Assembly: GCA_964291315.2 (NCBI GenBank)
Contig: OZ219750.1
Span: 384,001 to 448,000 of the forward strand
Reading direction: 5' to 3'
DNA length: 64,000 nt
Source of the DNA: Candidatus Poribacteria bacterium
GTDB lineage: Bacteria; Poribacteria; WGA-4E; WGA-3G
The first letter of the stretch is position 1. The number at the start of each line of letters is the position of its first letter. Below the pieces are notes generated by a model. That model was not told the origin of the DNA. It saw only the letters and a program-made list of their open reading frames with translations, and ran no database searches. Position numbers and translations under genes: made by a program. Shown here one piece after another: positions 29,236 to 39,188 of this stretch.

Positions 29236-30429
29236 ATGCGGATTATTCTTTATACGGGTAAAGGGGGCGTTGGTAAAACGACCATCGCTGCAGCGACGGG
29301 TATCAGGCTTGCTGAACTTGGTTATAAGACTATAGTGATCTCCTTGGATGTTGCTCATTCACTTCGTGATGCTTTTGACACCCATGAAAAATTAGTCTAT
29401 CAGCCCGAAAAAAAACAGATGCAGATCAAGGAGAATCTTTGGGTCCAGGAGATTAACGTTCAGGAGGCGATCGTTGAATACTGGGACGATGTGTACAACT
29501 ATATTCGTTCGTTGCTCAATCGATCGGGCCTCGACAGTCTTGTTGCAGAGGAGATAGCAGTATTTCCGGGAATGGAGGAGATCTGTGCCCTCCTTTATAT
29601 TAATCAATATGCCCGCGAAAAGCAGTACGATGTGATTATCTTGGACTGTGCCCCCACGGGGGAGTCGCTGCGGTTTGTCAGTATTCCGACGACGCTAGAG
29701 TGGTACATGAACCACGTTTTCAGATTAGAGCGGGGGCTCGCAAAGGTTGCGGGTCCAGTAATTGAACGTGTCAGTTCAGTGCCGATTCCGAAAGATAATT
29801 ACTTTCAAAACATTCAAGATCTCTTTGATAAATTGGATGGGGTTGACAATGTGTTGACGAATCCGGAAATCACGACAGTTCGGTTAGTGACGAACCCTGA
29901 AAAAATTGTTATCAAAGAGACGCAGCGGGCGTTTATGTACTTTTGCCTTTATGGGCTCTGTATTGATGCTGTCATTATCAATCGTATCTTCCCGGATGGC
30001 GTTGATACTGCCTATTTTGAAGCATGGAAGCAGACACAGCAACACTATATTGAAGAGGCAGCGAACTATTTCTCGGATGTGCCGATTTGGAAGGTGAACC
30101 TTTTTGCTGAAGAAATTGTGGGTGAAGAAGGACTGCACCGGTTAGCAGATGCTCTCTATGCCGAGGTTGACCCCGCGGAGCGGTTTTCTAATGAAAGCCC
30201 GTACCAGTTCCAAAAAACAGCGGGCGCATATCAGTTATTAATGCGTCTGCCATTCCTGAGCAAGGAAGAGATCGAATTGACAAAACATGGTGATGAATTG
30301 ATTGTTACAATCGGTAATTTCAAGCAACACGTTGCATTGCCGCGGAGCCTCTCAAATAAAAAAACAATTGGGGCGAAACTGATTGACGGCCAACTTATCG
30401 TTAAGTTTCAAGGGGAAAACGGCAGATAG
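29236..30429 (+). CDS. ArsA/Get3-family ATPase with C-terminal HSP20-like domain
   Basis: GKGGVGKTT, SLDVAHSL, FPGMEE, LDCAPTG and C-terminal GDELIVTIGNFKQHVALP. Confidence 0.9.
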   Translation: MRIILYTGKGGVGKTTIAAATGIRLAELGYKTIVISLDVAHSLRDAFDTHEKLVYQPEKKQMQIKENLWVQEINVQEAIVEYWDDVYNYIRSLLNRSGLDSLVAEEIAVFPGMEEICALLYINQYAREKQYDVIILDCAPTGESLRFVSIPTTLEWYMNHVFRLERGLAKVAGPVIERVSSVPIPKDNYFQNIQDLFDKLDGVDNVLTNPEITTVRLVTNPEKIVIKETQRAFMYFCLYGLCIDAVIINRIFPDGVDTAYFEAWKQTQQHYIEEAANYFSDVPIWKVNLFAEEIVGEEGLHRLADALYAEVDPAERFSNESPYQFQKTAGAYQLLMRLPFLSKEEIELTKHGDELIVTIGNFKQHVALPRSLSNKKTIGAKLIDGQLIVKFQGENGR

Positions 30430-30446
30430 AGATAGACTCAAAACAG

Positions 30447-31196
30447 ATGGCAAGCAAGACGGACAAAGCGGTTTTTGCTGTAACAGGGACAACACTTTTA
30501 ACGTTCTTAATAGGAAACCGCGTTGGCAGTATTTGGATTCTGTATCCGAACATATTGATCGCAATCGTTCTATTCACCTATGGTATTAGGCAGATTGGCG
30601 AAGCTGCCTCGCTGCTCTTGAGTAGTTTCGTTTTTGGTCTTGCGACGACGATGGCATATGTGCCGATGGATTGGCTGTTTTCCCGGAAGGCACGTCTAAT
30701 CTTTTATTTGCGTTCAGATTTTCTGGCGAGCGTAACGACCCCTATTGGGATAATCCTGAATTGGATTGTATTTGCGACACTGGCAGCTTACTGTTATCAG
30801 AGGCTCGTGATGATTTTCCGATCCCGTTTTACTGCTGAGTCCGGGGATTCCTTGGGTGGTTTCATAGGCATAGGCGTGTTGGCAGCTGGTGTTACGAGTA
30901 TAGTGACTGCGCTAGGGAGTATTGTTGTTTACGGGCTTGGTGCCTCACATTTTTGGGAATGGAATGCGTTGCAAATAGAGCAGATGCCCCAGATTGCCTC
31001 GGTTCCAGTGTTTGTACCCTTTAGTTTTCTATTCACCTTTCTGTTATGTCCATATTTTTTCGGTGTAGTTGTTAAAGCTGAAGAGGCTCAGCGAGGTCGT
31101 CGGAATCAACATGCCGGTGTTGCTGGTATAAGATGTGGCATCTTTATGGGTGCACTTCAGTTTTTCAGTTTTCTTCTTTTTTTTGTCTGGAAATAG
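30447..31196 (+). CDS. Polytopic membrane protein
   Basis: Multiple TM segments; starts 17 bp after the ArsA stop. Confidence 0.75.
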   Translation: MASKTDKAVFAVTGTTLLTFLIGNRVGSIWILYPNILIAIVLFTYGIRQIGEAASLLLSSFVFGLATTMAYVPMDWLFSRKARLIFYLRSDFLASVTTPIGIILNWIVFATLAAYCYQRLVMIFRSRFTAESGDSLGGFIGIGVLAAGVTSIVTALGSIVVYGLGASHFWEWNALQIEQMPQIASVPVFVPFSFLFTFLLCPYFFGVVVKAEEAQRGRRNQHAGVAGIRCGIFMGALQFFSFLLFFVWK

Positions 31197-31337
31197 ATGT
31201 GAATTGACATTATAGAGAAAATAGAGGTGCTGTGATAGAGAAATCGACAAATTTTTCTCCTTTAACTAATCTTTATGGTCATTTAATACGTCTATTGATA
31301 AGAACCTTTTAATTTGGAACAAGGAAAGTAATGCAAA

Positions 31338-31874
31338 ATGCGAATTCGATCAACAACGATTTTGGCCGTTCGTCGTGATGGAGAGGTTGCTATTGGTGGT
31401 GATGGTCAAGTGACTTTAGGCGACACTGCTATTAAACATGGGGCCCGGAAGATCCGTAAGATTCACGACAATAGGGTGCTGATCGGTTTCGCGGGTTCTG
31501 CCTCGGATGCAATCACCTTATATGAAAATTTGGAGAAGAGGCTGCAACAGTATCGTGGAAATTTGCAAAAATCAGCAGTGGAACTTGCACGAGAGTGGCG
31601 CAGCGATCGGGTACTCAGACAAGTGGATGCGCTGATGATTGCTATAGATGTCTACGACGGCTATCTGATTTCAGGGAATGGCGATGTGATTGCTCCTGAC
31701 GATGATGTGCTGGCAATCGGTTCTGGCGCGCCGATTGCTCTTGCGGCGGCGAAGGTTCTACTCAAACATTCAGAGCTGACTGCCAAGGAAATTATTTCAG
31801 AAGCACTCCAACTTACTAGTGAGATATGTATCTATACGAATGCTCAAATTGAGATTGCCACAATAGAGAAATAG
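31338..31874 (+). CDS. hslV: ATP-dependent protease subunit HslV
   Basis: TTILAV, GDGQVTLG, GFAGS and AIGSG motifs. Confidence 0.97.
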   Translation: MRIRSTTILAVRRDGEVAIGGDGQVTLGDTAIKHGARKIRKIHDNRVLIGFAGSASDAITLYENLEKRLQQYRGNLQKSAVELAREWRSDRVLRQVDALMIAIDVYDGYLISGNGDVIAPDDDVLAIGSGAPIALAAAKVLLKHSELTAKEIISEALQLTSEICIYTNAQIEIATIEK

Positions 31875-32012
31875 TGCGCGATGCTATACAAGCAGCAGTG
31901 CCTTAGGATTATTCATGACTATTTCATAGTATGTACGGAAGAATGCCGGGCTTCATCCATGTAATAGCGTTGTGAGATAGTTAGTAGATTTAATAGCTTT
32001 GGGAGGTTACCT

Positions 32013-33506
32013 TTGGACAAATTGAGTGTAAAAGATGAAAAGAGCACTTTGGCAGATGCGCTCACCCCGAAACAGATCGTCAAGGAGTTGGATAAGTATA
32101 TTATCGGCCAGTTTGAAGCCAAACGTTCTGTAGCGATAGCACTCCGAAACCGGACGCGTCGTCAGATGTTAACAGAAGAGATGCAGGATGAGGTGTTACC
32201 AAAGAACATAATCATGATAGGTTCAACGGGGGTTGGTAAGACAGAGATTGCTCGGAGACTTGCTCGCTTGGTGGACGCGCCTTTCATCAAGGTGGAGGCC
32301 TCAAAATATACGGAGATTGGCTATGTCGGTCGAGATGTTGAGTCGATGATACGCGATCTGACAGAAACGGCAATTGGTCGTGTGAAATCTGAGCAGATGG
32401 AAACCGTGGAAGAAAAGGCGCGAAAAGCTGTCGAAGAGCGTCTCCTTGATGCTATTTTCCCGATGCCTCGTTCGTTATTGCGGTCTCCTCCTTCTCTCCC
32501 GAACGATGCCTCGGAAGAACACGAAGAACACAAGGAAGATGATAGGATGATTCAACTCCGATCTGATCTGGGATCTGATCCTGAAACAGAAGTGGAGGAG
32601 GCACAAGAGAAGGAGCGGCAGCGGTATCTGAAAACTCGTGAAAAATTCAGAGATTATCTGCGGGAGGGTAAACTTGAAGATAAGCCTGTTGAAATCAAGG
32701 CAAAACATCAAAGCATGCCGTTTGTGGAGATATTCTCCCCCGGTGGTATTGAGGAGATGGACATCAATTTTAAGGACATGTTTAGTAACATCCTTCCAAA
32801 TCAGACGAAGAAACGGCGAGTTCCTGTATCTGAGGCGCGCACTATTCTCATACAAGAGGAAGCCGAAGAGCTTATTGATATGGATGCGGTTATTACGGAA
32901 GCAATTCGACGCGTTGAGAACTCGGGTATCGTGTTTTTAGACGAGATTGACAAAATAGCCGGTAGAGAGTCTCGCCACGGTCCCGATATTTCCCGCGAAG
33001 GGGTCCAGCGCGATATTCTGCCTGTTATTGAGGGCAGCACCGTAACAACGAAATACGGAGCGGTGCGCACACATCATATTTTGTTCATCGCTGCAGGCGC
33101 TTTTCATGTCTCGAGTCCTTCAGACCTGATACCTGAGCTACAAGGGCGTTTCCCGATTCGTGTTGAACTTAAAAGTCTGAACAAGAGCGATTTTAAGTCC
33201 ATTCTCATAGAACCGAGGAACGCCTTGGTGAAACAGTATGCAGCGCTACTTCAAACGGAGGGGATAGAGGCAAAGATCACCGATGATGCCATTGATGAGG
33301 TTGCTGCATTGGCGTTTCAGTTAAATGAATCTGTTGAGGATATAGGGGCGCGCCGCCTGCATACGATCATGGAAAAACTCTTTGAAAACCTATTTTTCAA
33401 CGCTCCAGACCTTGATAAAGAGCAGGTCATTATTGATGCCGCCTACGTCAAATCAGAGTTGTCGGGTATTGTTGAAAATCAGGATTTGAGCAGGTACATC
33501 CTCTGA
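32013..33506 (+). CDS. hslU: ATP-dependent protease ATPase subunit HslU
   Basis: [40 protein letters not shown] and C-terminal DLSRYIL. Confidence 0.97.
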   Translation: MDKLSVKDEKSTLADALTPKQIVKELDKYIIGQFEAKRSVAIALRNRTRRQMLTEEMQDEVLPKNIIMIGSTGVGKTEIARRLARLVDAPFIKVEASKYTEIGYVGRDVESMIRDLTETAIGRVKSEQMETVEEKARKAVEERLLDAIFPMPRSLLRSPPSLPNDASEEHEEHKEDDRMIQLRSDLGSDPETEVEEAQEKERQRYLKTREKFRDYLREGKLEDKPVEIKAKHQSMPFVEIFSPGGIEEMDINFKDMFSNILPNQTKKRRVPVSEARTILIQEEAEELIDMDAVITEAIRRVENSGIVFLDEIDKIAGRESRHGPDISREGVQRDILPVIEGSTVTTKYGAVRTHHILFIAAGAFHVSSPSDLIPELQGRFPIRVELKSLNKSDFKSILIEPRNALVKQYAALLQTEGIEAKITDDAIDEVAALAFQLNESVEDIGARRLHTIMEKLFENLFFNAPDLDKEQVIIDAAYVKSELSGIVENQDLSRYIL

Positions 33507-33594
33507 GTGTTTATCGGTTATTAGACGGCGGTAAGCGAACCGGGCAACAGTTCCGAAGTTTCCCTTTCTACTCATTTATGTTTTATGCTTATCC

Positions 33595-34260
33595 TGCAGT
33601 ACCGATTCCGTTGTAGCTTTAGCATTTTCATCAGATCGTAACGTCCTCGCTAGTGGGAGTTTTAAGAGAAGCCGTTTATCGAACTTGACCGCAGGTTCGG
33701 TGTCTCGTGCCACGGTCCTTCAGGGGCATCAGGATATGGTTACCACTTGGCATTCTTGCCAGACAGTAGGACGCTTGCCAGTGTAAGTTTTTACTGTACG
33801 ATTTTATCGTGGGATGTAAGAGCAGCTCAACTCCGGCACAGTCCCGCTGCAGATACGGGTTCCATCTTGAAGTTCGCTTTTTCTCCCGACAACAACATCT
33901 TAGCAAAGCGGTGGGTATTGGAATTGGAACCGGGATGCCGAAAGTACAATCTATGTCTGGAATCTGCATACGGGAAAACTTATTTCCACTTTTGAAGATC
34001 ATACTGCCCCTGTCTTTGCTTTGTGATTCTCACCAGGCATTCAGGGTAGACGCTCGCTGGGGCCGGGTGGGATCACGTCGTGCGTTTATGGTATCCGCAA
34101 ACGGCATAATTGCAAGTAACTTTTGAAGGTGATGCTGCACCGATTGTGTTTGGAGGAGGATTCCCCGGATCTCAACGGCGATGGTTTGATGAATATTTTG
34201 GATTTGGTAAGCGTCGTACGTCACATTACGGAAAGGAGCTATTGGCGAGCAGGCGTTTGT
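33595..34260 (+). pseudogene. Degraded WD40-repeat protein with dockerin/EF-hand-like motif
   Basis: Fragments in shifting frames: SVVALAFSSDRNVLASGS, LQGHQDMVTT/LAFLPDSRTLAS..ILSWDVR, AFSPDNNILA and PDLNGDGLMNILDLVSV. Confidence 0.75.
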
Positions 34261-34395
34261 GGAGTGTTTACAAGTGTTTTCCAGTCCACGCAACTCTCTG
34301 TTCTGAGGTTGAAAGCTCTGCTACAATTTGACACCGTCCACGTTTTATGGTAGGATAGCAGTATTAGATTGGATGTGGAAAGGGAGAAAAAATAG

Positions 34396-36213
34396 ATGAA
34401 ATTTTTACAAAAATGCGCGTTTCTGCTGGGGTTGTTTGTCTTTGTTTCATCTGTGTTCGCGGGAGAACACAAGACGGAAGAAGTCGTTCCGGCTCTAAAA
34501 AAATATGTTGAGTTCACGTTGAGCGGATCCTACGCTGATACTAAGGTTGTTAGTCCGTTTAGTACTTCCTCAACTAAGACGTTGCGCCGACTCTTTAAAA
34601 AACTAGACGCCCTGAAAGCAGATAGTGAGATTGCAGGGGTTATCTTCAAAATAGGTGATGTGGGTGGAGGATGGGCAACGTTCCGAGAAATTCGTAACAA
34701 ACTTCGCGAATTCTCCGAAGTAGAAAAAGAGACGATTGGGTATTTGGAGAGTGGTGGGCGCGCTGAGTACCTCCTTGCAGCTGCGATGGATCGCGTTGTT
34801 CTGATGCCCACTGGTGGTCTCAATTTAACGGGCTTACGCGCCGAAGTCATGTTTTATAAAGGTTTATTCGACAAGTTAGATATTCAAGCCGATATGTTGG
34901 CTATGGGAAAATACAAATCCGGTATCGAGCCTTACATGCGCGAGGGGATGTCGGAGGCGTTTCGTGAATCGATGAGAGCGGTGCTTGATGATTTGTATGC
35001 TCAATTATTGAACTCTATCGTTGAGAGTCGAGACAGTTTTACTGCGGAAAGCGCGTCGGATTTGATAGACCGCGGGCCCTTTACAGCGGAAGAGGCACTG
35101 CAGGAGAAGCTGGTTGATACGTTACAATACTATGATGAACTCCTTGAGGCCTTGAAAACAGCATCTACAGAAGAGAATGTTGAAGTGGTTAGGCCGGACT
35201 ATGAGCGCAAACGGAAAGTCCCGGATATGAATAGTTTTGTTGGACTTATGCAGTTATTCAGTATGCTCAATCCCCAGCAGCGCCCGCAGCGCACTTCTGA
35301 TAATCAGATCGCGCTTATTTATGCTAATGGTCCTATCTTGCCGAGTGTTGGATCACTTTTCACTTCAATGTCTGTGATTACGCCGGATGTGTTAAAAGAG
35401 GCTTTAGAGAAAGCACGTACTGACGATTCGGTTCGGGCAGTTGTGCTGCGCATAGATAGCCCCGGTGGTTCTGCTCTTGCTTCCGATCTGATATGGCGAG
35501 AGGTGATGCTCACGCAGCGTGAGAAACCGGTCGTTGTTTCGATGGGCGATGTCGCTGCGTCAGGAGGTTACTACATCGCTATGGCGGCTGGAACGATCGT
35601 TGCGCATCCGAGTACACTGACCGGCTCAATCGGTGTGTTCGGTGGTAAACTGAACATGAAGGGATTCTATGACAAGATTGGGTTGACCAAGTCGATTATC
35701 AGAAACGGACAGAACGCTACCTTTCATTCAGATTATGGAGGTTTTACGTCTAGTGAACGGGAGCGCGTCGAGAAGATAATGACAACGGTCTATGAGAATT
35801 TTGTCAGCAAAGCCGCAGCCGGCAGAGGCAAATCCTTTGCTGAGGTTGATGAAATTGCACAAGGACGCATCTGGACTGGAAAACAGGCGAAGGCACTTGG
35901 ACTCGTTGATAAACTCGGTGGGCTTGATACTGCTGTGTCTATTGCTAAGGAACAGGCTGGTTTTTCTGCTGGCGATAAGGTTGACCTGATGGTATTGCCG
36001 AAACAGAAACCGTTTTTTGAACAACTCATGGAGCGGATGATTCAAGATACCGAGGGTTCGGTACAGCTGCCCCTACGGTTGACGGTGGGTCATCCTCTGC
36101 TGTTTATGTTAGGCTCGCGGTGGGAGTCTGTCGTTACTTGGTTGAGTCTGTTTGGTGTTGAGGATGGGATACAGGTGGCTACAATTTTACCTTATGATAT
36201 TTCAATTCGGTGA
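34396..36213 (+). CDS. sppA: Signal peptide peptidase SppA, long (67K) type
   Basis: Two S49 domains; GKYKS, LRIDSPGGSA, AASGGYYIA, LTGSIGV and QGRIWTG motifs. Confidence 0.93.
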   Translation: MKFLQKCAFLLGLFVFVSSVFAGEHKTEEVVPALKKYVEFTLSGSYADTKVVSPFSTSSTKTLRRLFKKLDALKADSEIAGVIFKIGDVGGGWATFREIRNKLREFSEVEKETIGYLESGGRAEYLLAAAMDRVVLMPTGGLNLTGLRAEVMFYKGLFDKLDIQADMLAMGKYKSGIEPYMREGMSEAFRESMRAVLDDLYAQLLNSIVESRDSFTAESASDLIDRGPFTAEEALQEKLVDTLQYYDELLEALKTASTEENVEVVRPDYERKRKVPDMNSFVGLMQLFSMLNPQQRPQRTSDNQIALIYANGPILPSVGSLFTSMSVITPDVLKEALEKARTDDSVRAVVLRIDSPGGSALASDLIWREVMLTQREKPVVVSMGDVAASGGYYIAMAAGTIVAHPSTLTGSIGVFGGKLNMKGFYDKIGLTKSIIRNGQNATFHSDYGGFTSSERERVEKIMTTVYENFVSKAAAGRGKSFAEVDEIAQGRIWTGKQAKALGLVDKLGGLDTAVSIAKEQAGFSAGDKVDLMVLPKQKPFFEQLMERMIQDTEGSVQLPLRLTVGHPLLFMLGSRWESVVTWLSLFGVEDGIQVATILPYDISIR

Positions 36214-36219
36214 TGGTTT

Positions 36220-37026
36220 ATGGAATCCAAGACTAACTTTCATGTTGATTTGACGGACGATCAGGTTGCTTTTTTCCAAGAAAACGGGTACCTGAGCATT
36301 CCGCGTATTACGACAGATGAAGAGATTGAGTGGCTCAAAGGGATTTATGATGTGCTTTTCACAGGGCGGACTGGAGAAGCAGAGGGGCGCTATTTTGATT
36401 TGGCGGGTCCGCGGGCACACGGTGGACGAGAAACGTTGCCACAGGTATTGGGGCCAGAGGCGCGATTTCCGGAACTCCGTGAGACTGTTTATTTTCGAAA
36501 TGCGCACAAGCTTGCCGCGATGCTACTTGGTATAGAAGGGGATCAGGTCAATGGGGGCGGTCACATGATTTTAAAGCCTGCATACTATGGAGGTGAAACG
36601 CCGTGGCATCAAGATGAAGCATATTGGAATCCTGAGATTCTACCGCATAGCTTGAGTGTTTGGCTTCCACTTGACAAAGCAACGGTTGAGAGCGGGTGCC
36701 TCCAGTTTATTCCAAAATCGCACAAAGCGGAGGTGCGTTGGCACCGTCATATTGACAATGATCCACTCGTGCATGGATTGGTAACGGATGACGTTGACAC
36801 ATCACAGACAGTGGCGTGTCCGATACCGGCTGGAGGAGCAACGTTCCATCATTGTAGGACTTTGCACTATTCCGCGCCTAACAGCACGTCAGAAGTCCGG
36901 CGGGCGTATATCCTCGTTCTGAGTGGGCCTCCGCGGAAATTGGATAAACCGGCGCATCGTCCGTGGCAAACGGAGGAGCAAGAGGCGCTTGCAAAACTGA
37001 AATCGTTAGCAGTAGGGTTGACCTAG
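36220..37026 (+). CDS. PhyH-family Fe(II)/2-oxoglutarate dioxygenase
   Basis: FFQENGYL, TPWHQDEAYW (HxD), SGCLQFIP and TLHYSAPN...RRAY motifs. Confidence 0.92.
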   Translation: MESKTNFHVDLTDDQVAFFQENGYLSIPRITTDEEIEWLKGIYDVLFTGRTGEAEGRYFDLAGPRAHGGRETLPQVLGPEARFPELRETVYFRNAHKLAAMLLGIEGDQVNGGGHMILKPAYYGGETPWHQDEAYWNPEILPHSLSVWLPLDKATVESGCLQFIPKSHKAEVRWHRHIDNDPLVHGLVTDDVDTSQTVACPIPAGGATFHHCRTLHYSAPNSTSEVRRAYILVLSGPPRKLDKPAHRPWQTEEQEALAKLKSLAVGLT

Positions 37027-37061
37027 TTTAAGGATTTGCTATCGGGGCGGCATTCACGATT

Positions 37062-38096
37062 ATGAAAATTATCTGTACCGGCATCAGTTGTTCGGGACGC
37101 AAGGAATTGATGGCAGACTTCGCGGCGTTCTGTGCACAGAGGGGACTGAATATAGGCTTTTTCAATGTCGGTGATTTTATGCACCGGATTGGTGCGGAAT
37201 CTCACGTCGATTTTACCGAGAAAGTGCTTGATTCGGATCCAGCAGTTTTGTCATTAGCACGGCGTACGGCTTTCTATGAGATCGCACAACTCGCTGCGGA
37301 TTATGAACATACCCTTATCGGACTTCATGCGTGTTTTCGGTGGCGTGGTAGTCTTCTTGAGGGCTTCTCTTTCAAAGATATTGAGATTATCCAACCTGAT
37401 ATGCTCATCAACGTTGTTGATAATGTCGCAGACATATCTGCACGGATGGAAAAGTCGATGCAGTGGTCAGGCATGGGGAGATCGACACTCAATGTTTGGT
37501 TGGATGAGGAAGAGTTCCTCACTCGGCAACTGGCACAACTCATTGAGAAGCCGTACTATGCCGTAGCAAAACAACACACACTCAAAAATTTCTATGAATT
37601 ACTCTTCTCACCAAGGAAGCCGGTATTTTACCTCAGTTATCCGATTACGCTCTTAACAGATACACCAAAAGAGATTGAGACGATCCGCCAGATGGGAGAT
37701 GAGTTGAGTAGTTTTTTTATTGTTTTTGATCCCCTTTCTATTAAGGATATGGCATTGGTGACGGTTGGTGGAGAAGCAGGGGATAACACACAGAGCGTGT
37801 CGACTGTTGGTGAGATGCGTAAGGACGTGGTCGAGCAGATTAAAACCAGAACGATTTCGAGGGATTATCAATTTATCCATCAGAGTGATTTTGTGGTTGT
37901 CATTTATCCTACGGATAAATTATCACCTGGTGTGTTGAGTGAAATGAATTATGCGTCTCGCCATAATAAGCCGGTGTATGCAGTCTACAATGGGGTGCGG
38001 AGTATTTTCTTTGAAAACTTGTGTGAGCGCATCTTTGATACTTTTGAGGACCTCAAAGACTTTTTGTATAAAACATATAAGATGGATGCCTCGTAA
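37062..38096 (+). CDS. Archaeal-type adenylate/NMP kinase-like domain fused to a nucleoside 2-deoxyribosyltransferase-like domain
   Basis: N-terminal TGISCSGRK and IGLHACF...QPDMLINVVD; C-terminal YLSYPI...RDYQFIHQSDFVVV...SPGVLSEMNYA..NKPVY. Confidence 0.62.
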   Translation: MKIICTGISCSGRKELMADFAAFCAQRGLNIGFFNVGDFMHRIGAESHVDFTEKVLDSDPAVLSLARRTAFYEIAQLAADYEHTLIGLHACFRWRGSLLEGFSFKDIEIIQPDMLINVVDNVADISARMEKSMQWSGMGRSTLNVWLDEEEFLTRQLAQLIEKPYYAVAKQHTLKNFYELLFSPRKPVFYLSYPITLLTDTPKEIETIRQMGDELSSFFIVFDPLSIKDMALVTVGGEAGDNTQSVSTVGEMRKDVVEQIKTRTISRDYQFIHQSDFVVVIYPTDKLSPGVLSEMNYASRHNKPVYAVYNGVRSIFFENLCERIFDTFEDLKDFLYKTYKMDAS

Positions 38097-38206
38097 GATT
38101 GGTATTCTGTTCTGAATGTTTCATGGGCTCCCAATTTTGAGACGTTCCGGCTCAAGTTAGAATGATAGGGTACAGGGCGTAATGCTGTACGGTACTACTT
38201 AAAAAC

Positions 38207-39103
38207 ATGAAAATCGCCATCCTCTCCCGGGGACCTCAAAACTATTCCACTCGCAGCCTCAGTGAAGCCGCACGGAGCAAAGGACACACTGTCGAAATTT
38301 TAGATCCCTTCGGTTTTTACCTCCATATCGGTTGCAATAATAGTCGCATCACCTATCATGGAAAACCGGCAGAAGATTTCGATGTTATTGTGCCGCGCCT
38401 GAGTCGTACAACGGTGCGTTATGGCGAAGCGGTCGTGATGCATTTTGAATGGATCGGTACGCCTGTGGTAAATCGGGCAAGAGCGATCGTGATGGCGCAG
38501 CACAAATTTCATTCTTTGCGTATCCTTGCACAGCACAGGTTACCTGTTCCACCGAGTCTCACCGTCGGATCCTCCACATTTTTAGAGGGTGCTGTAGCCG
38601 AAATGGGAGATTATCCGTTTATTTTAAAACCTTTTCATGGGACACAGGGCAGAGGTGTAATGTTATTAGAGACACCGACATCGTTTACTTCCGTGGTGGA
38701 TACCTTGTGTGATCTCCATGAAGATTACGTGATTCAGCCTTTTGTTTCAGAAGTGGGAGGCATGGACCTCCGAGTTCTCGTTGTAGGTGGTAGAGCGATT
38801 GCGGCCATGAAAAGGAGGGCACCTATGGGTGAATTTCGTGCGAATATCCACAGAGGGGGCTCTGGTGAAACGGTCACGCTTCAAGATAAATATACTGATG
38901 TTGCTATCAAAGCCGCCGCCGCACTTGAATTGGAAATAGCAGGAGTCGATCTACTCCAGACAAACGAAGGCCCTGTTGTGCTGGAGGTTAACCCGTCACC
39001 CGGGTTTGAGAAGCTAGAAGCGGTTACAGGAGTCAATATAGCGGATGCAATTATTGAATTCGTAACGGATTTTGCCCAAGGGCGTGCTTCTATTCATGCT
39101 TAA
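38207..39103 (+). CDS. rimK: RimK-family ATP-grasp alpha-L-glutamate ligase
   Basis: MKIAILSRGPQNYST, GTQGRGV, EFRANIHRGG, AGVDLL and LEVNPSPG motifs. Confidence 0.88.
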   Translation: MKIAILSRGPQNYSTRSLSEAARSKGHTVEILDPFGFYLHIGCNNSRITYHGKPAEDFDVIVPRLSRTTVRYGEAVVMHFEWIGTPVVNRARAIVMAQHKFHSLRILAQHRLPVPPSLTVGSSTFLEGAVAEMGDYPFILKPFHGTQGRGVMLLETPTSFTSVVDTLCDLHEDYVIQPFVSEVGGMDLRVLVVGGRAIAAMKRRAPMGEFRANIHRGGSGETVTLQDKYTDVAIKAAAALELEIAGVDLLQTNEGPVVLEVNPSPGFEKLEAVTGVNIADAIIEFVTDFAQGRASIHA

Positions 39104-39188
39104 TGTGTGAAATCTTGCCAGCCCTATTCTATCCAATGAAAGCAGATCCTAACCTATACCGATCCTTACGAGGCAAGTAGCAGCACAG

